Assembly (NCBI GenBank): GCA_049322915.1
Contig: JBMOPW010000014.1
Location: forward strand, 1 to 64,000
Direction of reading: 5' to 3'
Origin: Candidatus Zhuqueibacterota bacterium
GTDB taxonomy: Bacteria; Zhuqueibacterota; Zhuqueibacteria; Thermofontimicrobiales; Thermofontimicrobiaceae
DNA: 64,000 nt
Position 1 is the first letter of the stretch. Each line of letters begins with the position of its first letter. Made by a program: the position numbers and the translations under genes. Positions 10,142 to 19,736 of the stretch are shown here, piece by piece. Below the pieces are notes generated by a model. The model did no database searches. It was not told the DNA's origin and saw only the letters and a program-made list of their open reading frames with translations.

Positions 10142-13100
10142 ATGGTCGCTGATGAAATAAAAGCTTTGATTTCTAAGTCTCCCATTTTAAATAGAGCATT
10201 GGAGCGGATTCAATCGGAAAGCCATTTAGAAATTAAAGGACTTGCAGGATCGCTCAAATCTTTTTTTTTAGTTTTAGTTCATGAACAAACCAGGTCACCG
10301 ATTGTCTTCATAACAGGAGAAAGCGAGCAGGAAGAGGTTGTCCGGGATGATTTGGAAGTGCTTTTCCAAAATAATAGCATTGTGCACATGCCAAAACTCT
10401 CGGATGTCGTCTCGAATAGCATGGGCCCTGATTCAATTAAAAAGGGTCAACTCCTGTTTTCATTGGAGCAATTGATTGAAGGGATGCCAAAAATTGTCAT
10501 CATCCCGGCCCGGAATTTACTTCGAAAGTTTCCTTCTCCGAAATGGATCAAACAGCAACGATTGGTTTTTCAGGTGGGCCAAGATTATGATTTCGATGAA
10601 TTGAAAGAAAATCTGATTGACTTAGGTTTTAACCGGGAATCACAGGTCGAAGACTGTGGCGAAATGAGTATTCGCGGCGGCATCGTAGATGTTTATCCTT
10701 TTTCAAGTGAATACCCGTATCGAATTGAGTTTTTCGGAAATACCATTGAATCGATTCGAATATTTGATCCTTCAACGCAACGCTCCATTGACAAGATTAT
10801 CAACCTTACCGTTTACCCTCAGCTTTCTGAAGATCATTCAAGTTCTGATGTCATTCCTTTCGTGCCATTGACAGAATATTTCAAGGCGGGGTATCTGTTT
10901 TTTCTTGATGAACCGGAATTAATAAAACGGGAATTTGAAGATTTTACCGCTCACCAATCCGTGCTTCAGAAAAAAAAAGCTGATACTGAAGAGGGCGCAG
11001 ATATCGTAAACTCGATTGTGACCTGGGAGCAATTCGCCGGGAAATTACATAATTACAAAACTATAGAGAACAATTCTTTTGCAGGTGGAAAAGAAAAGGA
11101 GTGCATTGATTTTCAATCAACGCCCCAGGAGCCGTTGAAAGGCAATATAAAAATGCTGAAGCAACAGCTCAATATCCACATGCAAAAAAAGGAAATGTCA
11201 GATCAAACAGGAAACGCGATTTATTTTCTTTGTGGCTCAGCAGATCAGGTTGAACGCATTTCAGATATATTTGAAGAGGAGCAGGTAACTTTAAGTAATA
11301 TAAATATCAAAGAGCTTGGAATAAATCAGGGGTTTGTTTTTAAAGATGTTAATCTGGCTATATTCACCGATAATCAATTTTATGGCAGACTCTTGCGGGG
11401 GAAGATTAGAAAGAGATCGCTTAAAGGATTAACATTAAAACAATTAAGCTCGCTTGTTCATGGCGATTATGTTGTCCATGTTGATCATGGAATTGGTCAA
11501 TATGTTGGTTTAAAAAAAATATCGGTTCAAAAAAATGAGAGGGAGTGTCTCAGTGTTACTTACCGGGACGGAGATATTTTGTACGTCCCGCTGGAGCGAA
11601 TGAATCGCATTCAAAAGTATTCAGCCAAAGAAGGCGTTGTGCCCGTGCTCAGCAAGCTTGGGAGTAAAGATTGGGACCGCCTTAAAGGCAAGACCAAAAA
11701 GCATATAAAGGAAACTGCGAATGAGTTGATTGCGCTTTATGCAAAACGGAAGGCGCAGCAAGGATTTAAATTTTCAAAAGATACATTATGGCAAAAGGAA
11801 CTGGAAGCTTCGTTTGAGTATGAAGATACTCCAGACCAAACTCGCGCTACAGAGGAGGTAAAAGTCGATATGGAAAATAGCTCGCCCATGGATCGACTGG
11901 TATGTGGTGATGTGGGGTATGGCAAAACAGAAGTCGCGCTGCGAGCTGCATTCAAGGCAGTTGAAAATGGAAAACAGGTAGCCGTCCTCGTTCCGACGAC
12001 TATTTTGGCGTTGCAACATTACACTTCGTTTAAAGAGCGACTAAAAAATTATCCAGTTAAAATTGAGATGATGTCCCGATTTCGGACGAATTCGGAGCAG
12101 AAAATTATTGTCGAATGGATGAAACAGGGTAAGGTCGACATCGTCATTGGGACTCATCGGTTGCTGTCCAATGATATTTTGTTTAAAAATTTGGGACTGC
12201 TCATCATCGATGAGGAACATCGCTTTGGAGTTCGGAATAAAGAAAAAATGAAACAACAGCAGGTCAATGTGGATGTGCTGAGCATGTCGGCAACTCCAAT
12301 ACCGAGAACGCTGAATATGGCTATGCTGGGCATCCGTGACATGTCTTTGATAACGACGCCTCCCCGAAACAGGCGTCCCATTCACACTGAAATTATACAA
12401 TTCGATAAGGCGGTCATTCGTTCTGCAATCTTGAAAGAAGTGGAGCGTGGCGGACAGGTTTTTTTTGTGCACAATAGAGTGCAATCCATCGATGCAGTCG
12501 CTGACATGGTGCGGCGATTGGTTCCCGAAGTGAGTGTTGCCGTGGCTCACGGTCAGATGGACGAATTGCAGTTGGAAAAGGTGATGTGGAATTTTGCGGC
12601 AGAGAAGTATCAATGTCTTGTTTCTACAATGATAATTGAATCTGGCTTGGATATTCCCAATGTAAATACGATGATCATCAATCGAGCGGACAGGTTTGGG
12701 CTGTCGCAGCTTTACCAGTTACGTGGTCGTGTCGGTAGATCCAATCAGTTGGCATTTGCCTATTTGCTGGTTCCTCCACTACATTATTTAAAGAAAGATG
12801 CTTTGAAACGGTTGCGCACGATTGAAGAGTTCACGGAACTGGGCGCGGGATTAAATATTGCCATGCGCGATCTGGAAATACGGGGCGCCGGTAATATCTT
12901 AGGCTCTGAACAGAGCGGTCATATTGTTGCTCTGGGTTATGAACTTTATTCGAAAATTATCAGCGAGGCTGTTGAAGAATTGAAATTGGAGCGAGAAGGA
13001 AAGCCGGCGCCATCGGTGGCAGAGGTAGAAGAGACCCGGATCGATTTTAATTACGATGCGTATATTCCTGACTCATTTATCGAGCAGTCGGAAATCAAGG

Positions 13101-13489
13101 TGAATATTTACCGTCGGTTGGCCGGTGAAATCAAATTGGAAGGTGTGCAGGAAATCCGTGCTGAACTCATCGATCGATTTGGGAAGCTACCCGATCCGGT
13201 AGTTTTCCTGTTATATTTTATTGATCTGAAAATTTTAGGAAATTTAATTGGCTTCAAATCCATAAAGATTTCAAAAAAAGCTATGACAGGATTTTTTCTT
13301 GATAGCGTCACTGCGCCAGACAGACGGGAACTTATGGAAAATAAGATATGTTCAATAATGGTCAAATCCGAGGGTGACTTTCACTTTTTTCAAAATGGAA
13401 AAAATGAATTAGGGATTCATGTGGATGTACCTGAGGATGGGACAAATCCTGTAGCGTATAGCATAAACTTCTTAAAAAGGCTGTTATAA
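10142..13489 (+). CDS. mfd: transcription-repair coupling factor Mfd
   Basis: UvrB-homology module, CarD-like domain (YVVHVDHGIG), CGDVGYGKTEVA, DEEHRFG, QLRGRVGRS and TRCF C-terminal domain. ATG 10142 preferred. Confidence 0.98.
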   Translation: MVADEIKALISKSPILNRALERIQSESHLEIKGLAGSLKSFFLVLVHEQTRSPIVFITGESEQEEVVRDDLEVLFQNNSIVHMPKLSDVVSNSMGPDSIKKGQLLFSLEQLIEGMPKIVIIPARNLLRKFPSPKWIKQQRLVFQVGQDYDFDELKENLIDLGFNRESQVEDCGEMSIRGGIVDVYPFSSEYPYRIEFFGNTIESIRIFDPSTQRSIDKIINLTVYPQLSEDHSSSDVIPFVPLTEYFKAGYLFFLDEPELIKREFEDFTAHQSVLQKKKADTEEGADIVNSIVTWEQFAGKLHNYKTIENNSFAGGKEKECIDFQSTPQEPLKGNIKMLKQQLNIHMQKKEMSDQTGNAIYFLCGSADQVERISDIFEEEQVTLSNINIKELGINQGFVFKDVNLAIFTDNQFYGRLLRGKIRKRSLKGLTLKQLSSLVHGDYVVHVDHGIGQYVGLKKISVQKNERECLSVTYRDGDILYVPLERMNRIQKYSAKEGVVPVLSKLGSKDWDRLKGKTKKHIKETANELIALYAKRKAQQGFKFSKDTLWQKELEASFEYEDTPDQTRATEEVKVDMENSSPMDRLVCGDVGYGKTEVALRAAFKAVENGKQVAVLVPTTILALQHYTSFKERLKNYPVKIEMMSRFRTNSEQKIIVEWMKQGKVDIVIGTHRLLSNDILFKNLGLLIIDEEHRFGVRNKEKMKQQQVNVDVLSMSATPIPRTLNMAMLGIRDMSLITTPPRNRRPIHTEIIQFDKAVIRSAILKEVERGGQVFFVHNRVQSIDAVADMVRRLVPEVSVAVAHGQMDELQLEKVMWNFAAEKYQCLVSTMIIESGLDIPNVNTMIINRADRFGLSQLYQLRGRVGRSNQLAFAYLLVPPLHYLKKDALKRLRTIEEFTELGAGLNIAMRDLEIRGAGNILGSEQSGHIVALGYELYSKIISEAVEELKLEREGKPAPSVAEVEETRIDFNYDAYIPDSFIEQSEIKVNIYRRLAGEIKLEGVQEIRAELIDRFGKLPDPVVFLLYFIDLKILGNLIGFKSIKISKKAMTGFFLDSVTAPDRRELMENKICSIMVKSEGDFHFFQNGKNELGIHVDVPEDGTNPVAYSINFLKRLL

Positions 13490-13552
13490 TTTTTAACTTG
13501 CCCTTTCGACAATAATCCATCAAGATGCAATACTGTGACTTCGGAGGTTGAA

Positions 13553-15310
13553 ATGAAATTGATGAGAGGACTCTTCACAGGTCTTTTTTTTCTCATTGTG
13601 GCGTTGATTGTTTTCTCGAATTGTAGTAAGGACAAATCCGCCATTTTGGCTCGAGTTGGCGGTAGAAAGATAATGCTCAAGGAGTTCGAAAAAGAATTTG
13701 GACGGGGAAAGAATACTGAAACGGCTCGGAAAGCGACCTATGATGAGAAGAAAGAGCATCTTAACCGAATGATCGAAAAGGAACTCAAGATCGTCGATGC
13801 ATACCAACAGGGTATGCATAAAGAGGAGAGAATTCTGGACCAGGTTCGGGATCGGGAGAATGGAATCGTGTTTCGAAAACTCATCGATATGGAAGTCACA
13901 GAGAATATTGTCCCGGAATCCGAAGTGAAGAGTTTTTATGAGAATGCAAGTAAAGAAATTAAAATTCGGCAAATCGTTGTAAAGTTTGATCCGAGCAAAG
14001 AGAGCCAAAAAGAGGAAGCATTAAAAAAAGCAAAGAAAATTGTAGACCGGCTAAAACAAAAAGAAGCCTTCTCAAAGATTGCAGAAGATGAATCGGATGA
14101 TATTAACACAGCCAAAAAAGGTGGTGATAAAGGCTACCTGAAATGGGGCGCACAGTCAGCGAATGACCCTGTGTATGTTGCCGCTTTCTCTTTGAAGACA
14201 GATGAAATTTCTGAGCCGATTGAGACGGCAAATGCTTATTACATTATCAAGGTCATCCATATTCGAAAATACCCGGCGCCGCCTTACGAACAGGAGCAGG
14301 AGCGAATTAAGCAGCGAATATATTCCTTGCGCCGAGCGGATATTGAAAAAGAGTACTATGTATATCTGGATGAACTGAGAAGAAAATACAAATTGAAGTT
14401 CGATGAAAAAAATATGGAATTGTTTGTAAAAAAAATTAATGAACCAAAACCAGAGAACGAGCCATCTAAAAAATATCAGCCCTTCGATAATTTTACAGAC
14501 AAGGAAAAGCAATTAGCACTCGCGGCATTTTCGAATCAGGATATTGATATCACTGTTCTGATAGATGAGTTGAAAAAGATACCAGCGCATCGGCTTCCCA
14601 GCATGAAAAGTATCCTCGAAGTACAAAATTTTTTGAACTCACGCATTGTGCCGGTTCGTTTGCTGGAGATGGAAGCCCGGGCAAAAAATGTCTATGCCAA
14701 CGCTGATGTAAAGCGGGATATCCTGAATTTTAAAGAAAACCTGATGATGAATTATGTTCAGAAAAAGCAGATATATGATCTGTTGAGTATCAACCCGGAT
14801 CTTGTTAAGAAATATTATGAAGAAAATAGAGATCAATTTATGAATCCGGAGCAGCGAGAGGTTCAGGAAATTTACGTGAAAGACGAAGCTGTGGCCAGGA
14901 GTATCGTTAACAAAGCTCGATCTGGCGCTAATTTTACATCATTGTTCAGAAGATACAATCAAAAAGATGCGATCAAGGAGAGTGATGGAAAATTGGGTTT
15001 CATTTCAGCCGGGCGTGGCGGAATTGGTAAACCCGCATTTGCTGTTGAAGTAGGTGGTGTGACCGACCCCATTAAACTCGGGGACGGGTATTCAATCATC
15101 AAAGTTCTCGGCAAAAAAGCGCCGGAGCCGAAAACATTCGAAGAGGCAGAAAATATCGCTTCTGCAAAAGTTCGACGGGATCAAATTACTGAACGCGAAT
15201 CTGTCTGGATTGCTGAACTTAAGAAGAAAATCGATGTCGTCATCTATGAGAAAAATCTTCAGGATGCGATGAAAAATTATATTGGTCCGGATATTCAGAC
15301 GCTCGATTAA
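13553..15310 (+). CDS. lipoprotein peptidyl-prolyl isomerase with two parvulin (PpiC) domains
   Basis: Lipobox-like VFSNC; parvulin motifs SDDINTAKKGGDKGY...ISEPIET and GKLGFI...VTDPIK; GGAGG RBS before ATG 13553. Confidence 0.85.
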   Translation: MKLMRGLFTGLFFLIVALIVFSNCSKDKSAILARVGGRKIMLKEFEKEFGRGKNTETARKATYDEKKEHLNRMIEKELKIVDAYQQGMHKEERILDQVRDRENGIVFRKLIDMEVTENIVPESEVKSFYENASKEIKIRQIVVKFDPSKESQKEEALKKAKKIVDRLKQKEAFSKIAEDESDDINTAKKGGDKGYLKWGAQSANDPVYVAAFSLKTDEISEPIETANAYYIIKVIHIRKYPAPPYEQEQERIKQRIYSLRRADIEKEYYVYLDELRRKYKLKFDEKNMELFVKKINEPKPENEPSKKYQPFDNFTDKEKQLALAAFSNQDIDITVLIDELKKIPAHRLPSMKSILEVQNFLNSRIVPVRLLEMEARAKNVYANADVKRDILNFKENLMMNYVQKKQIYDLLSINPDLVKKYYEENRDQFMNPEQREVQEIYVKDEAVARSIVNKARSGANFTSLFRRYNQKDAIKESDGKLGFISAGRGGIGKPAFAVEVGGVTDPIKLGDGYSIIKVLGKKAPEPKTFEEAENIASAKVRRDQITERESVWIAELKKKIDVVIYEKNLQDAMKNYIGPDIQTLD

Positions 15311-15356
15311 ACTCGTTATATTTTTATTGCTAACTTTACCCGAGGGAAATGTTTTA

Positions 15357-16241
15357 ATGATTTGTTTACATAGAATTTTCGTGTTCTCTGCGTTCCTTGC
15401 GTTGTTTGCCTGTGAAAAGTCGGATGAAAAACCCCAGGAGGTTCTTGTATCCGTTGGCAACGGGTATTTAACGCTTGAGAGAATTCAATCCGATATTCCT
15501 GTTTCCATCAAAAAACGGGTCACTCAAGAAAATGTCAACAATTACATTCAGCAGTGGATTGAGACAGAACTCGTTTATCAGGATGCTTTGAGTCAGGGAA
15601 TGCATGAGGATGCTGAACTTATCAATGCCATTGAGAAAGCGAAGAAGAATTATTTGGTGAGCAAGTACTTATCCAAATATCTTGATGAAAAAAGCATGGA
15701 ATTAGAGACAGAGGCGTTGGAGTACTATGAAGAGAATAAAGATAGTTATGTTTTTTCCGACGACATGGCAAAAGTGAATCACATTCTGGTCGATACCTAT
15801 CAGGCTGCAATAAACGCCAAGAATCAGATCGAAGCGGGTGAGGATTTCGAAAAAATTGCCAGAGATGTGTCGCTGGATTATTCAGAGAAAAAACGGATTA
15901 CGCTGGACTATTTTTCGAGGGAAGAAATTATTCCTGAAGTCGGCGCGCAGGCATTCAGTCTCAGTATTGGGTCCGTCTCAAGTCCGATCAAGTCTGATTT
16001 CGGTTACCATATTATTCAGGTAATTGACAGACAACGAAAGGGGAGTGTGATTGAATTTGAAGATGTCAAAGATCAGATCATATCCCGACTGCGGCTCATG
16101 AAAAAAAATGAGAGATACCGGGACCTCATTATCGAATTGAGAAATAAAATCAATATCAAAAAGAATGAAGAATTATTGCAGCACCTCTTTGTTGACTCGC
16201 TCTATACAAAAGAGACTAACTCAAGTGCAGTAAAAGAATAA
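15357..16241 (+). CDS. lipoprotein parvulin-type PPIase (PrsA-like foldase)
   Basis: Lipobox LFAC; HILV...FEKIARDVSLD...SPIKSDFGYHII. Confidence 0.85.
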   Translation: MICLHRIFVFSAFLALFACEKSDEKPQEVLVSVGNGYLTLERIQSDIPVSIKKRVTQENVNNYIQQWIETELVYQDALSQGMHEDAELINAIEKAKKNYLVSKYLSKYLDEKSMELETEALEYYEENKDSYVFSDDMAKVNHILVDTYQAAINAKNQIEAGEDFEKIARDVSLDYSEKKRITLDYFSREEIIPEVGAQAFSLSIGSVSSPIKSDFGYHIIQVIDRQRKGSVIEFEDVKDQIISRLRLMKKNERYRDLIIELRNKINIKKNEELLQHLFVDSLYTKETNSSAVKE

Positions 16242-16254
16242 CGTGGAGTTCATA

Positions 16255-17550
16255 ATGAAAAAACGAATGCTCATATTATGTTTTATAATAGTAGCTGCAA
16301 CACAGTCCTTCGCCCAGCAGATGCTGGATGAAATTGTTGCCGTTGTCGAGGATGAAATAATCCTCTCGTCTGAGCTGACTCAATATTCAATGAATCTGGC
16401 GTTTCAGTTGCGCATTGATCCGCGCAAGGACATGGTGAAATTCAGAGAGCTTCAGAAAGAGACGTTGAATAATTTGATCAATCAGAAAATATTGTTGGCA
16501 AAAGCAGAGGAAGATAGTATTGAGGTTGAAGAACGTCAGGTTGAAAGTGTCCTTGAGGAACAGATCAACCGGATGATAGAACAAACAGGCTCCGTGCAAA
16601 AACTTGAGGAGTATTTAGGGGCCCCGATCAGTAAGATCAAACGAAATTTTAAAGACGATGTCAGAAAGAATTTAAAAGTGGAGACATTGAGGAATAATAA
16701 ATTTCGAGAGATAAAAATAAATAGGCGTGAAGTTGAAGAATTCTATCGGACGATGCGTGACAGTCTTCCTGAGATAAAGGAGACCGTGGATATCAGCCAT
16801 ATTTTGATAGAAGTTAAGGCTGGAGAATCATCGGAGAAGGAAGCAAGAACGAGAATCGAAGAGCTTCTTGTTCGAATCAAAGCGGGAGAAAATTTTGAAG
16901 ACATCTGCCGACAATTTTCTGAAGATCCCGGCAGCAAAGAAAAGGGAGGAGAGATTGGTTTTATGCAAAGAGGCGAATTTGTGCCGGAATTTGAGGAAGT
17001 CGCTTTTAAGTTAGAGCCTGGTCAAATTTCTGATGTCATAAAATCACGATTTGGATTTCACATCATTCAATCGATTGAGCGCAGGGGGGACAAAATTAAT
17101 GTCCGTCATATTTTGATTCGGTTAGAACCGACGAATCAGGATGAACAGGAGGCGGGAAAAAAGATTTTTGAAATCAGAGCGATGTTGAATGATTCGACAG
17201 CCTCATTCGGGGAATTAGCCAATAAATTTTCTGATGATGAAGAAAGTAAAAATCAGGGTGGTCATCTGGGTTTATTCGAATTGGATAATCTGCAAGAGAA
17301 AGAATTCAAGGCGGCGATCGCCTCACTAAAACCAGGCGATAGCTCTGAGCCGTTCCAAACGAGATTCGGCTGGCATATTTTAAAACTTAATTCTCATGAT
17401 GAAGCGCGGCCGATTTCTGTGGAGAAGGATTGGGAGAAAATTGAAAACTGGGCATTGAATTTGAAAAGACAACGAGAGTTCGATAAATGGCTTGATCAGA
17501 TAAAGAAGGATGTTTATGTCCAGGTGAAAATTAACACTGATGAATTGTAG
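16255..17550 (+). CDS. surA: SurA-like periplasmic chaperone/PPIase
   Basis: Signal peptide, DEIVAVVEDEIILSSEL SurA N-domain, and two parvulin domains (SEDPGSKEKGGEIG, SDDEESKNQGGHLG). Confidence 0.85.
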   Translation: MKKRMLILCFIIVAATQSFAQQMLDEIVAVVEDEIILSSELTQYSMNLAFQLRIDPRKDMVKFRELQKETLNNLINQKILLAKAEEDSIEVEERQVESVLEEQINRMIEQTGSVQKLEEYLGAPISKIKRNFKDDVRKNLKVETLRNNKFREIKINRREVEEFYRTMRDSLPEIKETVDISHILIEVKAGESSEKEARTRIEELLVRIKAGENFEDICRQFSEDPGSKEKGGEIGFMQRGEFVPEFEEVAFKLEPGQISDVIKSRFGFHIIQSIERRGDKINVRHILIRLEPTNQDEQEAGKKIFEIRAMLNDSTASFGELANKFSDDEESKNQGGHLGLFELDNLQEKEFKAAIASLKPGDSSEPFQTRFGWHILKLNSHDEARPISVEKDWEKIENWALNLKRQREFDKWLDQIKKDVYVQVKINTDEL

Positions 17551-17569
17551 AACCGTGTTCTGTTTCCAT

Positions 17570-17609
17570 AAAAAACAGCGATTCGAAATTGAGGTCGCTG
17601 TTTTTTTTT
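17570..17609 (+). terminator. intrinsic (probably bidirectional) terminator after surA
   Basis: AAAAAACAGCGAT...GTCGCTGTTTTTTTTT. Confidence 0.8.
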
Positions 17610-17655
17610 ATTCATCTCAGAATATAGGTCGCAAAGTTTTAGTCTAAAAAAGTGC

Positions 17656-17684
17656 TTGACAATTAATCAAAAAAAAATTATAAT
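17656..17684 (+). promoter_or_regulatory. perfect-consensus sigma70 promoter
   Basis: TTGACA-N17-TATAAT. Confidence 0.8.
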
Positions 17685-17922
17685 TAAATCACTAACTGGT
17701 TGTTAAAAAAAAATTAATCGATACTGTTTGTAAACCCTATATTCTGAGTTAACAAAGTAGGCAATGAGTAAATCTATGAAAATTAGCTTCGCTCTTATGT
17801 ATTGAGCAGACTTTTTGGGGAAATAAAGGTTAGCTTATAATCTTTAATAAATTGTAGGTTAGGCAATTATTCTCAATCCTTAACACAGAATCTGGGTAAA
17901 CCTGATGGTCCGGGGAGGATTT

Positions 17923-18762
17923 ATGTCCTTTAAAAAAGCAACAGTGGTGTTTCTTTTGATGCTGCTGTTGATATCATTCTTCAGCTGCGAGGAAATTGAC
18001 AGCGAGCGACTTGATGAACGATTGGAAACTGTTGTGGAATTCAAGCCGATAAGGGAGCATACCGGGGACGAGGACATTAACATTGCGATTCAGCTTCGAT
18101 CGAATATTGGCCATCCCAGCGCACGATTGGTGTACAAAATAGATGGTGTTATTGGCGAACCAGTGAATTTATCGCCATTGGGAGAAGGCGTGTATGGATA
18201 CACGATCCCGGCACAGGATCGCGGAACGCGAATGAGTTACTATATCGAAGTGACAACGGCAACCGGCGCAAAAATGTACCTTCCTAAAAATGCACCTGAA
18301 AAAGAGAAATATTATACATTAACCTTCAAGGGAAAGGCAAATAGTTACTTTCTATTTCTTTATATCGTTTTGACGGTTGGGGCGATGCTGCTCTTCATCG
18401 CGGCCACCTGGTCTGCTTTGAAATTTTTCCAGAATCAGATCGAAGTGGATAGAGCGGTCTGGCTTAGTTTTGCAGCATACGTGCTGTTTTTCATCAGCAT
18501 TATTCCAATTGGTATCATTGTGGAATATCAGGTTGTGGGATCAATTTATCAGGGTTGGCCTTTTGGACACGATTTTTCTGATACCAAGACAATACTCCTT
18601 CTCATTTATTGGTTCGTCTGTCTTACCATGGTGAAAAATAAAATTGCTCAGAACGAAGAAAAAGATTTCATGGGTGATAGAGGTTTTGCTGCGCTTGTCA
18701 TGATCGGAGGAATTGTAACAGTCATCTTATCGCTTATTCAACATGATAATTTTTGGTTTTAA
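17923..18762 (+). CDS. hypothetical membrane protein: lipoprotein-type signal, Ig-like domain and four C-terminal TM helices
   Basis: GGAGG RBS; LLISFFSC lipobox; beta-rich domain (YGYTIPAQ...YYIEV); four hydrophobic segments. Confidence 0.75.
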   Translation: MSFKKATVVFLLMLLLISFFSCEEIDSERLDERLETVVEFKPIREHTGDEDINIAIQLRSNIGHPSARLVYKIDGVIGEPVNLSPLGEGVYGYTIPAQDRGTRMSYYIEVTTATGAKMYLPKNAPEKEKYYTLTFKGKANSYFLFLYIVLTVGAMLLFIAATWSALKFFQNQIEVDRAVWLSFAAYVLFFISIIPIGIIVEYQVVGSIYQGWPFGHDFSDTKTILLLIYWFVCLTMVKNKIAQNEEKDFMGDRGFAALVMIGGIVTVILSLIQHDNFWF

Positions 18763-18790
18763 TTTTAATCCGGATTTTCGAAAATAGATT

Positions 18791-18824
18791 GCCCGTTGTC
18801 GACTGACTAACGGGCTGTTTTTTT
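18791..18824 (+). terminator. intrinsic terminator
   Basis: GCCCGTT...AACGGGC followed by TGTTTTTTT. Confidence 0.7.
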
Positions 18825-18994
18825 ATAATCCTCCTGAAAACCATATTCGCGCAATTATGTCGAATTTGTAAATAGAAATCAGGAACAGAAAAATTTCTCG
18901 TCTCGTTAAATGAAACGACCTTCCTGAAATTGAAAATAAATTGAATGTCCTGCAACGGATTTTTTTTCAAGTAAGGAGGGGAGGTTTTGATAAA

Positions 18995-19732
18995 ATGGAT
19001 AGTCCGGCCGCCACTGTTATAAAATTGCTGGAGTCATCAGTGAACTATTTTATTTCAAAGAGGATCAAGAAATTTTTTTTGTTGGTTATTCTGCATGTAT
19101 TTCCTTTGTGCGGGTATAGCCAGACCGGCTCGATAAGCAGTGAATTTTCTATCGCCCGGCTGAAGTACAATGGCGGCGGTGACTGGTATAATGATCCATC
19201 GTGCATTCCAAATTTGCTGACATTTTTACGGCAGAATACCATGATAGCCGCTGGTGCTGATGAAAAACGCGTTGAGATATTGGACCAGGATTTGTTTACA
19301 AATTCAGTGCTTTTTATGACTGGCCACGGCAAAATTTCAATCGATGAACAGGAACGCGATCGACTCCGGAATTACCTGACTCACGGAGGATTCCTGTTTG
19401 CCGATGATGATTACGGGATGGACCAATATTTTCGGGCGATGATAAAGCAGGTTTTCCCGGACAAAGACTTTGTCGAATTGCCTTTTTCGCATCCAATTTA
19501 TCACAGCCACTTTCAATTTCCAAATGGTATCCCTAAAATTCACGAGCATGATGGGGGGCCACCCCATGGGTACGGAGTTTTTCACGAAGGCAGAATGGTG
19601 ATTTATTACACGTTCAACACCAATATTTCCGATGGCTGGGCCGACCCTGATGTTCACAAAGACCCTGAGAGCGTTCGATTAGAGGCGCTGAAAATGGGTG
19701 TGAATATAATCGTTTACGCGTTAACCAATTGA
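18995..19732 (+). CDS. DUF4159 domain protein (exported)
   Basis: RLKYNGGGDWY, FMTGHG, GGFLFADD, PKIHEHDG and DGW motifs. Start uncertain (ATG 18995 or GTG 19040). Confidence 0.8.
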   Translation: MDSPAATVIKLLESSVNYFISKRIKKFFLLVILHVFPLCGYSQTGSISSEFSIARLKYNGGGDWYNDPSCIPNLLTFLRQNTMIAAGADEKRVEILDQDLFTNSVLFMTGHGKISIDEQERDRLRNYLTHGGFLFADDDYGMDQYFRAMIKQVFPDKDFVELPFSHPIYHSHFQFPNGIPKIHEHDGGPPHGYGVFHEGRMVIYYTFNTNISDGWADPDVHKDPESVRLEALKMGVNIIVYALTN

Positions 19733-19736
19733 AGTT

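Noticed and set aside
17625..17665. GGTCGCAAAG...GTCTAA resembling a c-di-GMP-I riboswitch core
   Set aside because: The GGCAAA/P1 and GAAA stem elements are missing, and the segment lies upstream of and overlapping the promoter, so it would not be in the transcript.
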